Program-made: the position numbers and the translations under genes
IMG/VR virus record: IMGVR_UViG_3300043446_003656
Location: 1-60,775 of that record
Length of the DNA stretch: 60,775 nucleotides
Strand: one strand, 5' to 3'
From: a virus
Lineage: Duplodnaviria > Caudoviricetes
Notes under the pieces: model-generated
The model's database searches: none
Told to the model about the DNA's origin: nothing
The model's input: only the letters and a program-made list of their open reading frames with translations
In this document: positions 8,913 through 19,012 of the stretch, piece by piece
How the letters are laid out: every line of letters starts with the position of its first letter
Position numbering within the stretch: the stretch's first letter is position 1

Positions 8913-8937
8913 TAGCAATTTGTAGTATAATTAATAT

Positions 8938-9126
8938 ATGGAAACTTTAAAAGAACGAGTTTTAACAAAATTAGATAGATGCGATAAATGCGGAGCTGAG
9001 GGATATGTTTTGGTTAAATTAATGTCGGGGAGCTTGGTTTTTTGCGGACATCATTTTATTGAAAATCAAGAAAAACTTTTAAAAATTTCTTATGACATAA
9101 TTGATGAAAGAGAGCATTTACAATAA
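8938..9126 (+). CDS. Small Zn-finger protein of actinobacterial/actinophage type
   Basis: DRCDKCGA..LVFCGHH. Confidence 0.7.
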   Translation: METLKERVLTKLDRCDKCGAEGYVLVKLMSGSLVFCGHHFIENQEKLLKISYDIIDEREHLQ

Positions 9127-9128
9127 AA

Positions 9129-9257
9129 ATGGGATCAAAAAGAAAATTAGAAAAAATTAAAAAAGCATTAGAGATTCGTCAAAAAACACATAAAGGCCCA
9201 GGCGGGAAAGTCCCAGGCTCTATGAATAAGAAAAAAACGGGGTATGCAAAACCATGA
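9129..9257 (+). CDS. Small basic protein (42 aa)
   Basis: Hand translation MGSKRKLEKIKKALEIRQKTHKGPGGKVPGSMNKKKTGYAKP; fills the gap and overlaps the next start. Confidence 0.5.
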   Translation: MGSKRKLEKIKKALEIRQKTHKGPGGKVPGSMNKKKTGYAKP

Positions 9258-9445
9258 AATTTCCATTAATTAAAACTATATCTTGGTATATTCTTCATTT
9301 CATAATGGTGTCTGGGATAGCAACTTGGATTTCTGGAGATCATAAAATTGGTATTACTATTGCTTCTGCAGAATTAGTTTTTGAAACAGCATTATATTTT
9401 GGGCACGAAACAATCTGGGAAAAGGTTAGAAAATCATGGAATTAA
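9254..9445 (+). CDS. DUF2061-like membrane protein
   Basis: LIKTISW..LYFGHETIW. Confidence 0.65.
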   Translation: MKFPLIKTISWYILHFIMVSGIATWISGDHKIGITIASAELVFETALYFGHETIWEKVRKSWN

Positions 9446-9879
9446 TACAAGCATTAAAAATTTTACAAGCAGATGCCTTTAAAATATATTTACAGGCTCA
9501 CGGATACCATTGGAATGTAGAAGGCATGTTGTTTCCAGAAATGCATGAAAAATGGCTTGAAGTATACGAAGATATTTATTCATCAATTGATAACATTTCA
9601 GAAATGTTGAGAAAATTAGATGAACGTGCTCCTATGACTATTGAAGAAATTCTTTCAAATTCTTCAATTTCTGATATCTATAACGGAGCAAACGTAAAAG
9701 ATCAAATTGAATCATTTTTAAATTCAAACGACATTATCATAAACAGTATTAAAGCTGCTCATATATTAGCGGATAAAGTTGGAGAAATTGGAATTGCAAG
9801 CGACCTTGAAATTAGAGATTCTATGCATAAAAAATGGGGATGGCAATTAAAATCAACAATCAAGACATCTTTGGTATGA
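9436..9879 (+). CDS. dps: Dps-like ferritin (DNA protection protein)
   Basis: HGYHWNVEG..FPEMHE..D.ISE..W.L. Confidence 0.9.
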   Translation: MELIQALKILQADAFKIYLQAHGYHWNVEGMLFPEMHEKWLEVYEDIYSSIDNISEMLRKLDERAPMTIEEILSNSSISDIYNGANVKDQIESFLNSNDIIINSIKAAHILADKVGEIGIASDLEIRDSMHKKWGWQLKSTIKTSLV

Positions 9880-10439
9880 TAGAAAAAATACAACAGTTAT
9901 TGCTTGAAAATAAAGTGGTAATTTTAGACGGTGCTTTTAAAGATACCCCAAGGTGGGATAGTTTTATATATTTAATTGATTTTTTATCTGCTGAAGATTA
10001 CTCTGGTACAGAAATAAGAAAAAGAAAACTGGGATTAAATAATGATTTATATTTAAGAGTTGCTGATGCTGTTGATATCGAGTCACAAAACAGCACTAAT
10101 AATTTAATGCCAGAGTTAAATAAAGTCGTTTCTTATTTTAACACTTTGTTTAAAGAAAAAACAAAATATTCTGAGTGCTATTTAAATCTTACTAAACATT
10201 GTGAATTTAAAGAGCCACATAATGATCAATGGACTGCAGTATCATGGAATTGTCAAGGAATTGTGGAGTGGAGAATTTATAAAAACGAAAACAATGAAGA
10301 ATATGATACGTTTATTTTAAACCCTGGAGACGTTATAATAGTTCCAAAATACATTAGGCATAGCGTAATCCCACTAACTCCAAGAGCCAGTATTTCACTA
10401 GCCTATAATATGGATAACAATATTGAATCTTACTCTTGA
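9876..10439 (+). CDS. JmjC/cupin-family oxygenase
   Basis: HND..WNCQG..LNPGDVIIVPKYIRHSV. Confidence 0.75.
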   Translation: MIEKIQQLLLENKVVILDGAFKDTPRWDSFIYLIDFLSAEDYSGTEIRKRKLGLNNDLYLRVADAVDIESQNSTNNLMPELNKVVSYFNTLFKEKTKYSECYLNLTKHCEFKEPHNDQWTAVSWNCQGIVEWRIYKNENNEEYDTFILNPGDVIIVPKYIRHSVIPLTPRASISLAYNMDNNIESYS

Positions 10440-10495
10440 CAAAGCATATTTTATAATAGTATAATATACATATAACTACTAACAAAGGAAAAAAA

Positions 10496-11407
10496 ATGAA
10501 GAAAATAGCTGCAATTTTAGCAGTACTTTTTGCTGTAACAATTCAACCAGTTCATGCTGAAACTCCAAAAACACTAGTAATTATTGACACTGGTGTTGAC
10601 ATGAGTCACCCTGCTTTAAATAATATTGTATATGAAGTGTGTGTTGCAGGATACAAATCTTGTCCTAACGGACAAAATTTTATGGAAGGTAAAGGTGCAG
10701 CAAATGTAACTTCGTCTATGTATTCAAATGAAGCTTGGTCGCATGGAACTAAAGTTGCTTCACTTGCATCAGGCATCCCAGTAATTGAGATCAGATGTGC
10801 TTCTTTAATTGGTACAAATGGCTACCTTGGATGCAATGCAAATACCTTGACAACAGCATTAAATTGGGTCATTGATAACAAAAATAAATTTAATATTGTT
10901 GCAGTTGCATCACCACTCGGCTCTTACAGCACGACATGTGATTTAAAAGCTGCATATGTTGCCCCAATAAACAAATTAAATTCATTAGGTGTTGCAATTA
11001 TGTTTCCAACGGGAAACGATTTTAAATATGTTTCTATTGACAATCCTGCTTGTGTTCCAGGCGTTATTGCAGTAAGTGCGACAGAAATTAAAATTGTTTT
11101 AGGTAAAACTCAACCAAAACAACTTGCTTTGTATGCAAACTATTCTGATCGTGTTGATTTTGCAGATGATGGCGGAACACTAACTAATCCAATGACTGTT
11201 GCAATCCCAGGTGGAAGCATGGGCACAGCGTGGGGAACATCATTATCTGTAGTTAATTTTGCAACAAAATGGGTAAAAGTTTTAAATGCCAAAAATCTAT
11301 CTTATAATGATGAGTATAATTTAATTAAAAATACTGCAGATTCATATACCAATATTATGGTAAAGAAAAACGTACTTGCAATTAATATTGCAAAGGCGTT
11401 ACAATAA
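10496..11407 (+). CDS. Secreted subtilisin-like (S8) protease
   Basis: Signal peptide; IIDTG, HGT, GN and GTS motifs. Confidence 0.85.
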   Translation: MKKIAAILAVLFAVTIQPVHAETPKTLVIIDTGVDMSHPALNNIVYEVCVAGYKSCPNGQNFMEGKGAANVTSSMYSNEAWSHGTKVASLASGIPVIEIRCASLIGTNGYLGCNANTLTTALNWVIDNKNKFNIVAVASPLGSYSTTCDLKAAYVAPINKLNSLGVAIMFPTGNDFKYVSIDNPACVPGVIAVSATEIKIVLGKTQPKQLALYANYSDRVDFADDGGTLTNPMTVAIPGGSMGTAWGTSLSVVNFATKWVKVLNAKNLSYNDEYNLIKNTADSYTNIMVKKNVLAINIAKALQ

Positions 11408-11411
11408 TACC

Positions 11412-11912
11412 ATGCAAACATTTTTACCATACGCAACTAAACGAGACAGCCTAGACGCTCTAGATAACAAACGACTTAACAAGCAAATATTAGAATGCTA
11501 TCAAATTCTTAATATTTTGACTGGCAATTCTAAATCTAATGCTTGGCGTAATCACCCCGCAGTTTTAATGTGGGAAGGTGCTGAGTCAGAATTGTATCGC
11601 TATGCAATGACAGCAGTCGCACTAGCAGAAATGCGTGGAATTAAAACTGATAAAAATCGAGCTAACTTAAATGCTTTATCTCGTTCACGCAAGTCTCTAG
11701 CATGGGAAGACAATACTCCAATTTGGGCTTCCAGTCCTTCTGTGATTAAACGTGTAAATGCTACACATAAAGCAAATCTATATCGCAAAGATCCAATTTT
11801 CTATGCAGAGTTTGCATCTTCAGTAAATGATCCGTATAATAAACCTTGTTGCGATAAATGTCAATATTTTTGGCCAACACATAAGGAGAAAAATGGATTC
11901 ATTCATGGGTAA
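11412..11912 (+). CDS. Pyrimidine-dimer DNA glycosylase-like protein (MSMEG_6728 family)
   Basis: MQTFLPY..LDNKRLNKQILECYQIL..WRNHPAVLMW. Confidence 0.85.
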   Translation: MQTFLPYATKRDSLDALDNKRLNKQILECYQILNILTGNSKSNAWRNHPAVLMWEGAESELYRYAMTAVALAEMRGIKTDKNRANLNALSRSRKSLAWEDNTPIWASSPSVIKRVNATHKANLYRKDPIFYAEFASSVNDPYNKPCCDKCQYFWPTHKEKNGFIHG

Positions 11913-12207
11913 GAGCGATGACGAAATGATAGGATATCTTGAAGATCAAGGAGCTATTGTTTGGGACGGGGTAGCAGATAACGGAGAAGCAGTTTTTAAA
12001 TTTAATTTGGATAAATTAAAAGAAATTTTGCCAGAAATGTATGAAGAAATTATGGCAGATATTGATAATGATTTAATGAAATTGTATGACCAAGGATTTG
12101 TGGAAATTGAATATGATGAAGATTTAAATGCTTTGTTCAGACCTACTCAAAAAGGTGCTGAATGGGCAAAAAAAATGGGATTCCCAGAGTTTCCATTCCC
12201 AAATTAA
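11893..12207 (+). CDS. Hypothetical acidic protein, possibly winged-helix
   Basis: SD AAGGAG; ORF track. Confidence 0.55.
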   Translation: MDSFMGKSDDEMIGYLEDQGAIVWDGVADNGEAVFKFNLDKLKEILPEMYEEIMADIDNDLMKLYDQGFVEIEYDEDLNALFRPTQKGAEWAKKMGFPEFPFPN

Positions 12208-12250
12208 GAGTTTATAGGATATAATAGAACTAATCACACGGAGGTGAAAT

Positions 12251-12469
12251 ATGGACAATAATCAACAAACTCCATCTAAACAGACAGGTAAGCCAGATTT
12301 GTCGGCACAAACTTCTCCAGGTAACGGAGCATCAGCTACACTAACTAACGTTGACGCAGCAAGCAAAATGGGAGTTCCTAGTCCATTGACAGGAGCAGAT
12401 GTTTCTATGACTACAGCTCAAAAAGCTGGGGGTAAAATTGTGACAACCGAAGCTGGATCAAAAAACTAA
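12251..12469 (+). CDS. Low-complexity hypothetical protein
   Basis: SD GGAGGTG; TATAAT upstream. Confidence 0.6.
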   Translation: MDNNQQTPSKQTGKPDLSAQTSPGNGASATLTNVDAASKMGVPSPLTGADVSMTTAQKAGGKIVTTEAGSKN

Positions 12470-12490
12470 AAAGAAACAGGCGGTGAAAAA

Positions 12491-12895
12491 ATGACAGAAA
12501 CAACAAATAACGAGCAGGATTTAACAAAATCTTTTCCAGATGGCGTTAAGGGACCAATAATTAATCAAGAAATTTCTCCAACAGATGCAACTTCAGCAGT
12601 TGCTCCAACTTCTGAGGAGATGTCAGAAGCAAATGAAGAATCTATTGCTAAGGCTGACAAGTGCCCTACATGCGGTCAATCTATGCCAATTAAAAAAGCA
12701 GAAGATGCAGAAGAAATGGAAAAATCAGAAACTTGTGCAGATTGCGGTAACAACCCTTGCACATGTGAAAAAAAATCTGCAGAAGTAGAATCTAAAGAAG
12801 AAGAAGCAAAAGAAACTCCTGAAGATGAAAATAAAGAAATGAAGAAGTCTCTATGGGATGGATCATTTTCACCAAATATCAAAAGAGGACTATAA
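12491..12895 (+). CDS. Acidic protein with repeated xxK(S/A) motifs and two CxxC
   Basis: LTKS, IAKA, IKKA, MEKS, EKKS, MKKSLWDGSF. Confidence 0.6.
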   Translation: MTETTNNEQDLTKSFPDGVKGPIINQEISPTDATSAVAPTSEEMSEANEESIAKADKCPTCGQSMPIKKAEDAEEMEKSETCADCGNNPCTCEKKSAEVESKEEEAKETPEDENKEMKKSLWDGSFSPNIKRGL

Positions 12896-12918
12896 TTCTA
12901 TTTTTTAAAAAGATTTAC

Positions 12919-12945
12919 AAAACAGCGGGCAACCCCCGCTGTTTT
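12919..12945 (+). terminator. Intrinsic terminator
   Basis: AAAACAGCGGG-caacc-CCCGCTGTTTT. Confidence 0.75.
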
Positions 12946-12961
12946 ATTTGAAAGGAAAAAA

Positions 12962-13336
12962 ATGAGAGTAGGAATATTAGGTAGTAAAGACTGGGAAAAT
13001 TATTCAGAAGTTATTAGATCCTTGACTGTTTTTATACAAGAAGCTCATGAATTAGGCCATGACGAATTGATTTTAGTGCACACTGGAAGTAAAGGTGCAG
13101 AAAATATGATTACTGAATATGTTGGAAAAACAAAAAAATTTTTGCGTGAAAAAGGCTTTAAAATTAAAGAAGAAGTAGCAGCCAGAAATTCTCAAATTAT
13201 AAAAGATATGTCTGTCATTGATTCAGATTTACAGTACGCTCTCCTATTTAGCACGGGAGATAAAAGAACAATTTCTTTTAAAAAAATATTAAAAGAATAT
13301 GGGATTCCATTTAGGATTATAGAGCTTGACAAATGA
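12962..13336 (+). CDS. SLOG/DUF2493-like protein
   Basis: MRVGILGSKDW..LVHTGSKGAE. Confidence 0.55.
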   Translation: MRVGILGSKDWENYSEVIRSLTVFIQEAHELGHDELILVHTGSKGAENMITEYVGKTKKFLREKGFKIKEEVAARNSQIIKDMSVIDSDLQYALLFSTGDKRTISFKKILKEYGIPFRIIELDK

Positions 13337-13457
13337 AAATAAAAAATGATAAAATAGATGTAGAATTACTTACCAAAATGGTAAGTCTTTTAACAGAAAT
13401 TAGGGATTTGTTAAAAGAAAACAAAACTGAAAAAGAAAGCAGATTACCTAGAAAAAT

Positions 13458-13694
13458 ATGACAAATAACGTAGTAGAATTAAATATAAAAGAAGCACATA
13501 AGTTTGTTGAACAAAATTTTAAAAAAGGTTTTTTTTGGGATGGATGGACAATAGTAAAGTGGTCGCCTGGACATAATGGATATTTAAAAACAAATGGTAT
13601 GTACAGAAATAATAAATGGGGATATGCTAACAAATATTTTTTAACTAATAAGGGGACATGGTTAATTCCAACAAAATATGTCACAAATACTTAA
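13458..13694 (+). CDS. Hypothetical Trp-rich protein
   Basis: ORF track; operon packing. Confidence 0.55.
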   Translation: MTNNVVELNIKEAHKFVEQNFKKGFFWDGWTIVKWSPGHNGYLKTNGMYRNNKWGYANKYFLTNKGTWLIPTKYVTNT

Positions 13695-13998
13695 AGAACT
13701 TGGAATAGATGAAAAAGACATTAAATGGTATCACCTTTCAGCATGTAAAGGTATGTCAATTAATTGGTTTTATGATGATTACGAAAACGATAAAATTCTT
13801 GCATCTACAACTGATCAAGTTTGTTTAAATTGCCCAGTAATTAAACAATGTTATAAAGAAGGTGTGGAAGCAAAAGAATTTGGAGTGCGTGGTGGAATTT
13901 ACATGAATCTTGGTAGAGTTGATAAACAAAATAACGCACACAAAACTAAAGAGACTTGGCTGCAGTTAAAAAAGATACATGGAAAAAATTTTTTATAA
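13678..13998 (+). CDS. whiB: WhiB-family Fe-S transcription factor
   Basis: W..ACKG..WFY..VCLNCPV..C..FGVRGG: four Cys plus a GVxGG turn. Confidence 0.9.
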   Translation: MSQILKELGIDEKDIKWYHLSACKGMSINWFYDDYENDKILASTTDQVCLNCPVIKQCYKEGVEAKEFGVRGGIYMNLGRVDKQNNAHKTKETWLQLKKIHGKNFL

Positions 13999-14248
13999 TA
14001 TACAAATGGCAAAGGCCATAAGAAATGTTAAGATGCCAGTAAAGGATCTTAAAATGGATGTTAGGGCAAGACCTAACTACTTAGCTTTAACTGTTTATGA
14101 AGAAAATATAATGCAGTATGAAATTGATAAAAGAGCTGACATTATGGAGTATTTACTTTTATGCAAACAGTTAATAGAATCTTACGGGGTTCGTTGTGAA
14201 ATAGAAGGGGTAAAACATGCCAGAGCCAAGAAAAGTATGGTTAAATAG
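13979..14248 (+). CDS. Hypothetical protein
   Basis: ORF track; overlapping operon. Confidence 0.55.
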   Translation: MEKIFYNIQMAKAIRNVKMPVKDLKMDVRARPNYLALTVYEENIMQYEIDKRADIMEYLLLCKQLIESYGVRCEIEGVKHARAKKSMVK

Positions 14249-14402
14249 AGAAAAGGTATATGCAGATTTAATCTCTGAGGGGGCTTACGCCTCCAAAGTT
14301 AGATATGTTTATGGGGGAATACTTTACGACGTGTTAATTGAAAATGATGAGTTTGAATTTTTAGATGAAGAAAATGATTATGATCTTGGAGGAGAAGAAT
14401 GA
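14217..14402 (+). CDS. Hypothetical protein
   Basis: ORF track. Confidence 0.5.
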   Translation: MPEPRKVWLNREKVYADLISEGAYASKVRYVYGGILYDVLIENDEFEFLDEENDYDLGGEE

Positions 14403-14629
14403 AATGCTATTCATGCGGTAAGCAAAAAAATGAATTGCATACTAAAAAATCTGAATTGCTTGATGGGGTAGTATGTTTTATGTGCCAATCCTGCATAGAT
14501 GAAAAATTTGAACCTAGGTGGGTAATTGTACTTGCTGCTCGTTCAAAAGGACCAAATATTGTTAAAGAATTTATTGTTAAAAGAAGATATATTGGTTCTG
14601 AGATATTAGCAAATGAGCTACTTGCATGA
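14399..14629 (+). CDS. Zn-finger protein
   Basis: CYSCGK..MCQSC. Confidence 0.6.
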   Translation: MKCYSCGKQKNELHTKKSELLDGVVCFMCQSCIDEKFEPRWVIVLAARSKGPNIVKEFIVKRRYIGSEILANELLA

Positions 14630-14922
14630 TTGATGTAACTGGAGATTTAGAAAAAGCAATAGAACTTGACGAATGCGTAGTATATTTTACTGCATCTTGG
14701 TGTGCTCCTTGCAAACAACTTAAACCAGTATATGCAAAAATTGGGATGCAAGATAAAAATAAAAAATATTTTGTTATTGATGTTGACACTATTGACAAAA
14801 AATATTTAAATAAGTATAATATTATGAGTGTTCCAAAAATATTTAAATTTTCTCGTGGAGAAATATCAAAAGAAATTATTGGACGTACAGAGCAAGAAAT
14901 AATTGAACAGATTGATAACTGA
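14626..14922 (+). CDS. trxA: Thioredoxin
   Basis: FTASWCAPCK..SVP. Confidence 0.95.
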   Translation: MIDVTGDLEKAIELDECVVYFTASWCAPCKQLKPVYAKIGMQDKNKKYFVIDVDTIDKKYLNKYNIMSVPKIFKFSRGEISKEIIGRTEQEIIEQIDN

Positions 14923-14933
14923 GGGTTAAATTA

Positions 14934-15518
14934 ATGACAACTATTGCAGCAATTCAAGGTAAAAACTGGGTGGTAATGGGTGCGGAAACAAATTCTACAC
15001 ATGATGATTATCGCAGAGTTAAAATGACGGATGATAAAGTTATAAATAACAACGGCATACTTATTGCTGGGTGTGGTACAGGTAGAGGTATGAATTTACT
15101 TCAACACACCTTTAAAGCTCCTAAACCACTTCCAGAAAGAACTCCAGATCAATTAGATAAATGGGTTTCAAATATTTTTATTCCTGAAATGCGTCAATTA
15201 TTCATGGATCATGGATATGACATGAAAGATGAAGGAGATTATGCTCAGCATGATACTGTATTTATAATTGCGGTTCAAGGCATAGTTTATCTTATTGACG
15301 AAGATTATTCTTGGGATAGAGATATAAGAGGTTATATAACATCTGGTTCAGGTGGAGATTTTGCACAAGGTTCATTATATAGAGCATCAAAAAATGGAAA
15401 ATTATTTACAAATATAGCAGAAGCTAAAAAAGAAATGAAATTAGCCATTGAAGCAGCAATTGAATTTGATGTATATTCAGGTGGGGATGTAAGGATATAT
15501 GTTCAACAGCCAGAGTGA
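14934..15518 (+). CDS. Ntn-hydrolase of the HslV/proteasome beta-subunit family
   Basis: N-terminal MTTIAA, GSGG.FA, DVYSGG. Confidence 0.85.
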   Translation: MTTIAAIQGKNWVVMGAETNSTHDDYRRVKMTDDKVINNNGILIAGCGTGRGMNLLQHTFKAPKPLPERTPDQLDKWVSNIFIPEMRQLFMDHGYDMKDEGDYAQHDTVFIIAVQGIVYLIDEDYSWDRDIRGYITSGSGGDFAQGSLYRASKNGKLFTNIAEAKKEMKLAIEAAIEFDVYSGGDVRIYVQQPE

Positions 15519-15690
15519 TAAAGATTTTTGGGAATGGTATGAAGTTGGAATAAATAATAATTGGATTACTAATTCTTTTTGTATGACTCATGACGGTGGT
15601 TACGGAGAAATGACTGATGAAGAACGTAATGAGTGGGAAGATGGTGGAGATCCATGCATGACAGTGGCGAGAATAACATACCTAGGTTAA
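15499..15690 (+). CDS. Hypothetical protein
   Basis: FCMTHDG..EWEDGGDPC. Confidence 0.55.
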   Translation: MFNSQSDKDFWEWYEVGINNNWITNSFCMTHDGGYGEMTDEERNEWEDGGDPCMTVARITYLG

Positions 15691-15881
15691 GCAGTATAGA
15701 TTACACTGGATTAACCTCCCCCTATTGTCCAGTTTGTGGAGATTTAAAATTCAAAACATGGATAGCAGTTGATTCAGAAACATTTGAAATACAAATTTAT
15801 GGATCAGATGGAGAATGTTGGGAATGTGGAACCAAATATACAATAGTTGTTCCACAAGAGAAAGAGGCAAAAAATGACTAA
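15633..15881 (+). CDS. Zn-ribbon protein (start uncertain)
   Basis: CPVCG..CWECG. Confidence 0.55.
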   Translation: MGRWWRSMHDSGENNIPRLSSIDYTGLTSPYCPVCGDLKFKTWIAVDSETFEIQIYGSDGECWECGTKYTIVVPQEKEAKND

Positions 15882-16200
15882 TATAAATCCTTTAGGCAAG
15901 CTTTTACTTGTTAAAGAAATTGAAGTATCAGAATCTAAGTCTGCTGGCGGACTTATTATTGCAGCAACTGCTGCTGAAAGAGAATTAAAAAAGGGCCAAG
16001 TTGTAAAAGTTGGTCCAGGCGAAAGAAGTAATTTTAATGGAGAATTATACCCTGTTGATACAATTAAAGAAGGGATGATTGTATATTATTCCCCAAACCA
16101 TGCTACAGAAGTATCCGACCCTCAAACTTCTGAAAGATTTTATTTTATAAATAGTGGTGTTTTATTTGGATACGAAGAAATAGAGGATATCAGTGCATAA
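15874..16200 (+). CDS. groES: Co-chaperonin GroES
   Basis: INPLGKLLLV..SAGGLII..GQVVKVGPG. Confidence 0.85.
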   Translation: MTNINPLGKLLLVKEIEVSESKSAGGLIIAATAAERELKKGQVVKVGPGERSNFNGELYPVDTIKEGMIVYYSPNHATEVSDPQTSERFYFINSGVLFGYEEIEDISA

Positions 16201-16444
16201 AGGGATAGGAAGAGCCCAACAAATACGTGGTCATAAAAGACGTGCGAAAGTTTTAAATATGCGTAAGCGTAGACCATTTAGAAAAAATACATCAGAAGCT
16301 GGAAACATTTATTGGAATCATTTAATTAATGATGAAGCAAAAAAGCTGAACAATAAAAAGATTGAATCTGAAAGTAAAATTAGTACAAGTCAGGTAGAAT
16401 CAGTAAAGCCACAAGTTCATAGAAGAAAATCTGGATCTGCATAA
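16193..16444 (+). CDS. Basic hypothetical protein
   Basis: ORF track; Arg/Lys-rich. Confidence 0.5.
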   Translation: MHKGIGRAQQIRGHKRRAKVLNMRKRRPFRKNTSEAGNIYWNHLINDEAKKLNNKKIESESKISTSQVESVKPQVHRRKSGSA

Positions 16445-16791
16445 TGAAAAAAGAATCTATTTTAGAAGAGGCTAAAAGAATTGTGCATGGGGAGCGTGGT
16501 GAAAATTATGGACATCCATTTGAAGATTTCTCTAGGACAGCAAAAATATGGTCTGCTATAATGGATGTTGAAGTAACTCCTGAGCAAGTTGCATTATGTA
16601 TGATTGGTGTAAAAATTAGTCGTGAGGTTAATCGTCCAAAAAGAGATAATATTGTAGACGGAGCGGGATACTTTGAAACTCTTGATATGGTAAAAAGAGA
16701 ACGAGAACGTAGAGCAAAAATGATGATGCATCCATCAATGACTAAATTGTTTGGTGTAAACCATATTGAAGATTGGGGTATGATAGATTAA
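16444..16791 (+). CDS. DUF6378-like phage protein
   Basis: ILEEA..GERGENYGHPFEDF.R.A.IWS..DNIVD.AGY. Confidence 0.8.
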   Translation: MKKESILEEAKRIVHGERGENYGHPFEDFSRTAKIWSAIMDVEVTPEQVALCMIGVKISREVNRPKRDNIVDGAGYFETLDMVKRERERRAKMMMHPSMTKLFGVNHIEDWGMID

Positions 16792-16943
16792 TGAAAGATG
16801 TAATAATGTCTTTATTTACAGGAGGAATATGTGGTGTTGTATTTGCAATTGCAAAATTACCAGTGCCAGCTCCGCCTGTTTTATCAGGATTAATGGGGAT
16901 CGTTGGTTTATGGATAGGGTATAAACTTGTCCAAATATATTAA
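16791..16943 (+). CDS. XapX/DUF1427-like small membrane protein
   Basis: Hand translation ..GVVFAIAKLPVPAPPVLSGLMGIVGLWIG.. Confidence 0.75.
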   Translation: MKDVIMSLFTGGICGVVFAIAKLPVPAPPVLSGLMGIVGLWIGYKLVQIY

Positions 16944-16980
16944 TTATAGATATATGGTAAGAAAGAGAGAGCAATACGAA

Positions 16981-17553
16981 ATGAAAACTGTAGGTTATAA
17001 ATTAAAGAAGTTTACTGTAGTGGGTGTTAAACCTGGATTTACAGCATCTTCAGATGATGCTTTTGAGGAAATTACGGATAAATCATTTCCTGGAAAGTGG
17101 AAAGTGATTATGTATTATCCAAAGGATTTTACATTTGTTTGTCCAACAGAAATCGTTGCATATGATAAATTATCTAAAGATTTTGAAGATAGAGATGCAG
17201 TTTTAATGTGCGGTTCTGTAGATAATGAATTTTCAAAACTTGCTTGGAGACAACATCATGAAGATCTTGGAAAAACCAATTCTTGGATGTTTGCGGATCA
17301 ACGCAAAGAAATTTATGATGATGAATACGAAGTTATTGACGGAGGCCTAGCTGAACAACTTGGAATTATTAATAATCAAGGCGTTACATGGAGAGCAACA
17401 TTTATTGTAGATCCTGAAAATGTAATTCAGCATATCACTGTTAATAATTTAGATGTTGGTCGTAATGCTGATGAAGCATTGCGTGTACTTGATGCATTGC
17501 AAACTGGAGAACTTTGTGCTTGCAATCGTCCAATTGGTGGAGCAACATTGTGA
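16981..17553 (+). CDS. ahpC: Peroxiredoxin AhpC
   Basis: YPKDFTFVCPTE..GRNADEALRVLDALQ..LCACN. Confidence 0.95.
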   Translation: MKTVGYKLKKFTVVGVKPGFTASSDDAFEEITDKSFPGKWKVIMYYPKDFTFVCPTEIVAYDKLSKDFEDRDAVLMCGSVDNEFSKLAWRQHHEDLGKTNSWMFADQRKEIYDDEYEVIDGGLAEQLGIINNQGVTWRATFIVDPENVIQHITVNNLDVGRNADEALRVLDALQTGELCACNRPIGGATL

Positions 17554-17726
17554 CATGGATTATATTGAACGGGGAAAAAGGTCACTCATGTGGCCTTCCC
17601 TGGTCAGTAGATGAACCAGGAATGGGGGCTATCCATTTACAAAAAAGACATGCGGGATCTGTGTGGGAATGTAAATGTGGTAAGCAGTATGAATGGTCAG
17701 GCAAAAAATGGAAAGATGCAATATGA
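17550..17726 (+). CDS. Small Cys/His-rich protein between ahpC and ahpD
   Basis: GTG start overlapping the ahpC stop; HSC..WECKCG. Confidence 0.5.
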   Translation: MTWIILNGEKGHSCGLPWSVDEPGMGAIHLQKRHAGSVWECKCGKQYEWSGKKWKDAI

Positions 17727-18235
17727 GTTGGGTAGATAGTTTAAAAGAATCTTTACCAGAATATGCTAAAGATATTAAATTAAATTTAGATGCTGTTATC
17801 AATAGAAGCACAGTAGATGCTGAATTAGCAACACATTTGGCTCTTGCTTCCGCTTTCGCTACTGGAAATGGCAAATTAATTGCTTTCATTGCAGCAGGAT
17901 CAAACAATGAAATTGAAAAAAATGCTGCATTAACTGCAGGGTCTATAATGGCTCAAAATAATATATGGTATCCGTATTTAGAAATGGCAAATGATCCAAA
18001 TCTAAAAGGTTTGCCAGCACAGCTTAGAATGAATGCTATTGCTACTCATGGCGGGACTTCAAAAGCAAATTTTGAAGCTTATTGTCTGGCTTCCTCTATT
18101 GTAGGTAAATGTCATTTTTGTGTAAAAGCACATTATGAAACATTAAAAGAAGAAGAGTATAGTGTAGAACAACTTCGAGATATTGGAAGAATAGCAGCGG
18201 TAATTAATTCTATTTCAAAGATTTTATCTGCATGA
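17723..18235 (+). CDS. ahpD: Alkylhydroperoxidase AhpD
   Basis: LPEYAKDIKLNL..GKCHFCVKAH. Confidence 0.95.
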   Translation: MSWVDSLKESLPEYAKDIKLNLDAVINRSTVDAELATHLALASAFATGNGKLIAFIAAGSNNEIEKNAALTAGSIMAQNNIWYPYLEMANDPNLKGLPAQLRMNAIATHGGTSKANFEAYCLASSIVGKCHFCVKAHYETLKEEEYSVEQLRDIGRIAAVINSISKILSA

Positions 18236-18769
18236 GTGAATACAATCAAGCCTTGAGAGATATAAAAAAAATACTTGATTCTTCAGATATACCATATTCT
18301 TGGTGGGAAGCTCAAATGTTTATAATAGAAAGATTAAAAAATAATGAATAGCATTGTATATGTTCTTACACTTGGCTTTATCTGTGGTTACATTGTTGGT
18401 TATATTCATGGAAATCCAAAATATAGGAGTAAATAATGGAAAATGAATCAAGTAAAAATATAGATTATTTATCTAATATATATACAGATGGAGAAAAATA
18501 CTATTGGGTTTTATATAACGGATATAGATATTATTTTGATGATTTAGGTTATGATTTTAAAGATCAAGCAGAAAGAAAATTGATGTCGAAAATTAAAGAA
18601 ATAGAGGAAAGATAAATGTTTTTGTTTAGTACGTTACAAATTTTAGGGTGGGTTGGCGTAGGCTATAACATTAAAGCTGATAATAATTGGGGTATTTTTG
18701 CTTCAATTCTTTTTGCATTTTTAATGGGATTAGCTCAAGCGTTACTTTCAATAACAGAGGGGTTGACAA
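18232..18769 (+). other. Run of very small ORFs (e.g. 18436-18615, 59 aa), some hydrophobic
   Basis: Hand translation; SD AGGAG before 18436. Confidence 0.4.
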
Positions 18770-19012
18770 ATGGAAATACCAGTAAGTCCAAGTGATTTAG
18801 ATTCAATAATCTATAATATAGCACGAGATTTGATTGAAGAACGTGCTATAAATGGATCAATTGATGGAGTTACAGAAGAAACAACACGTGAAGTAGTAAA
18901 CGATGTAGTGTTTATAGTAGAACGTTATATGTATTACATTAATAGTTTGATGGATACGGCAAGATTAAACAAAGCTAAAGAGTTATTTGAAAACCAAAAG
19001 GATTTTGAATAA
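18770..19012 (+). CDS. Hypothetical protein
   Basis: ORF track with SD. Confidence 0.55.
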   Translation: MEIPVSPSDLDSIIYNIARDLIEERAINGSIDGVTEETTREVVNDVVFIVERYMYYINSLMDTARLNKAKELFENQKDFE

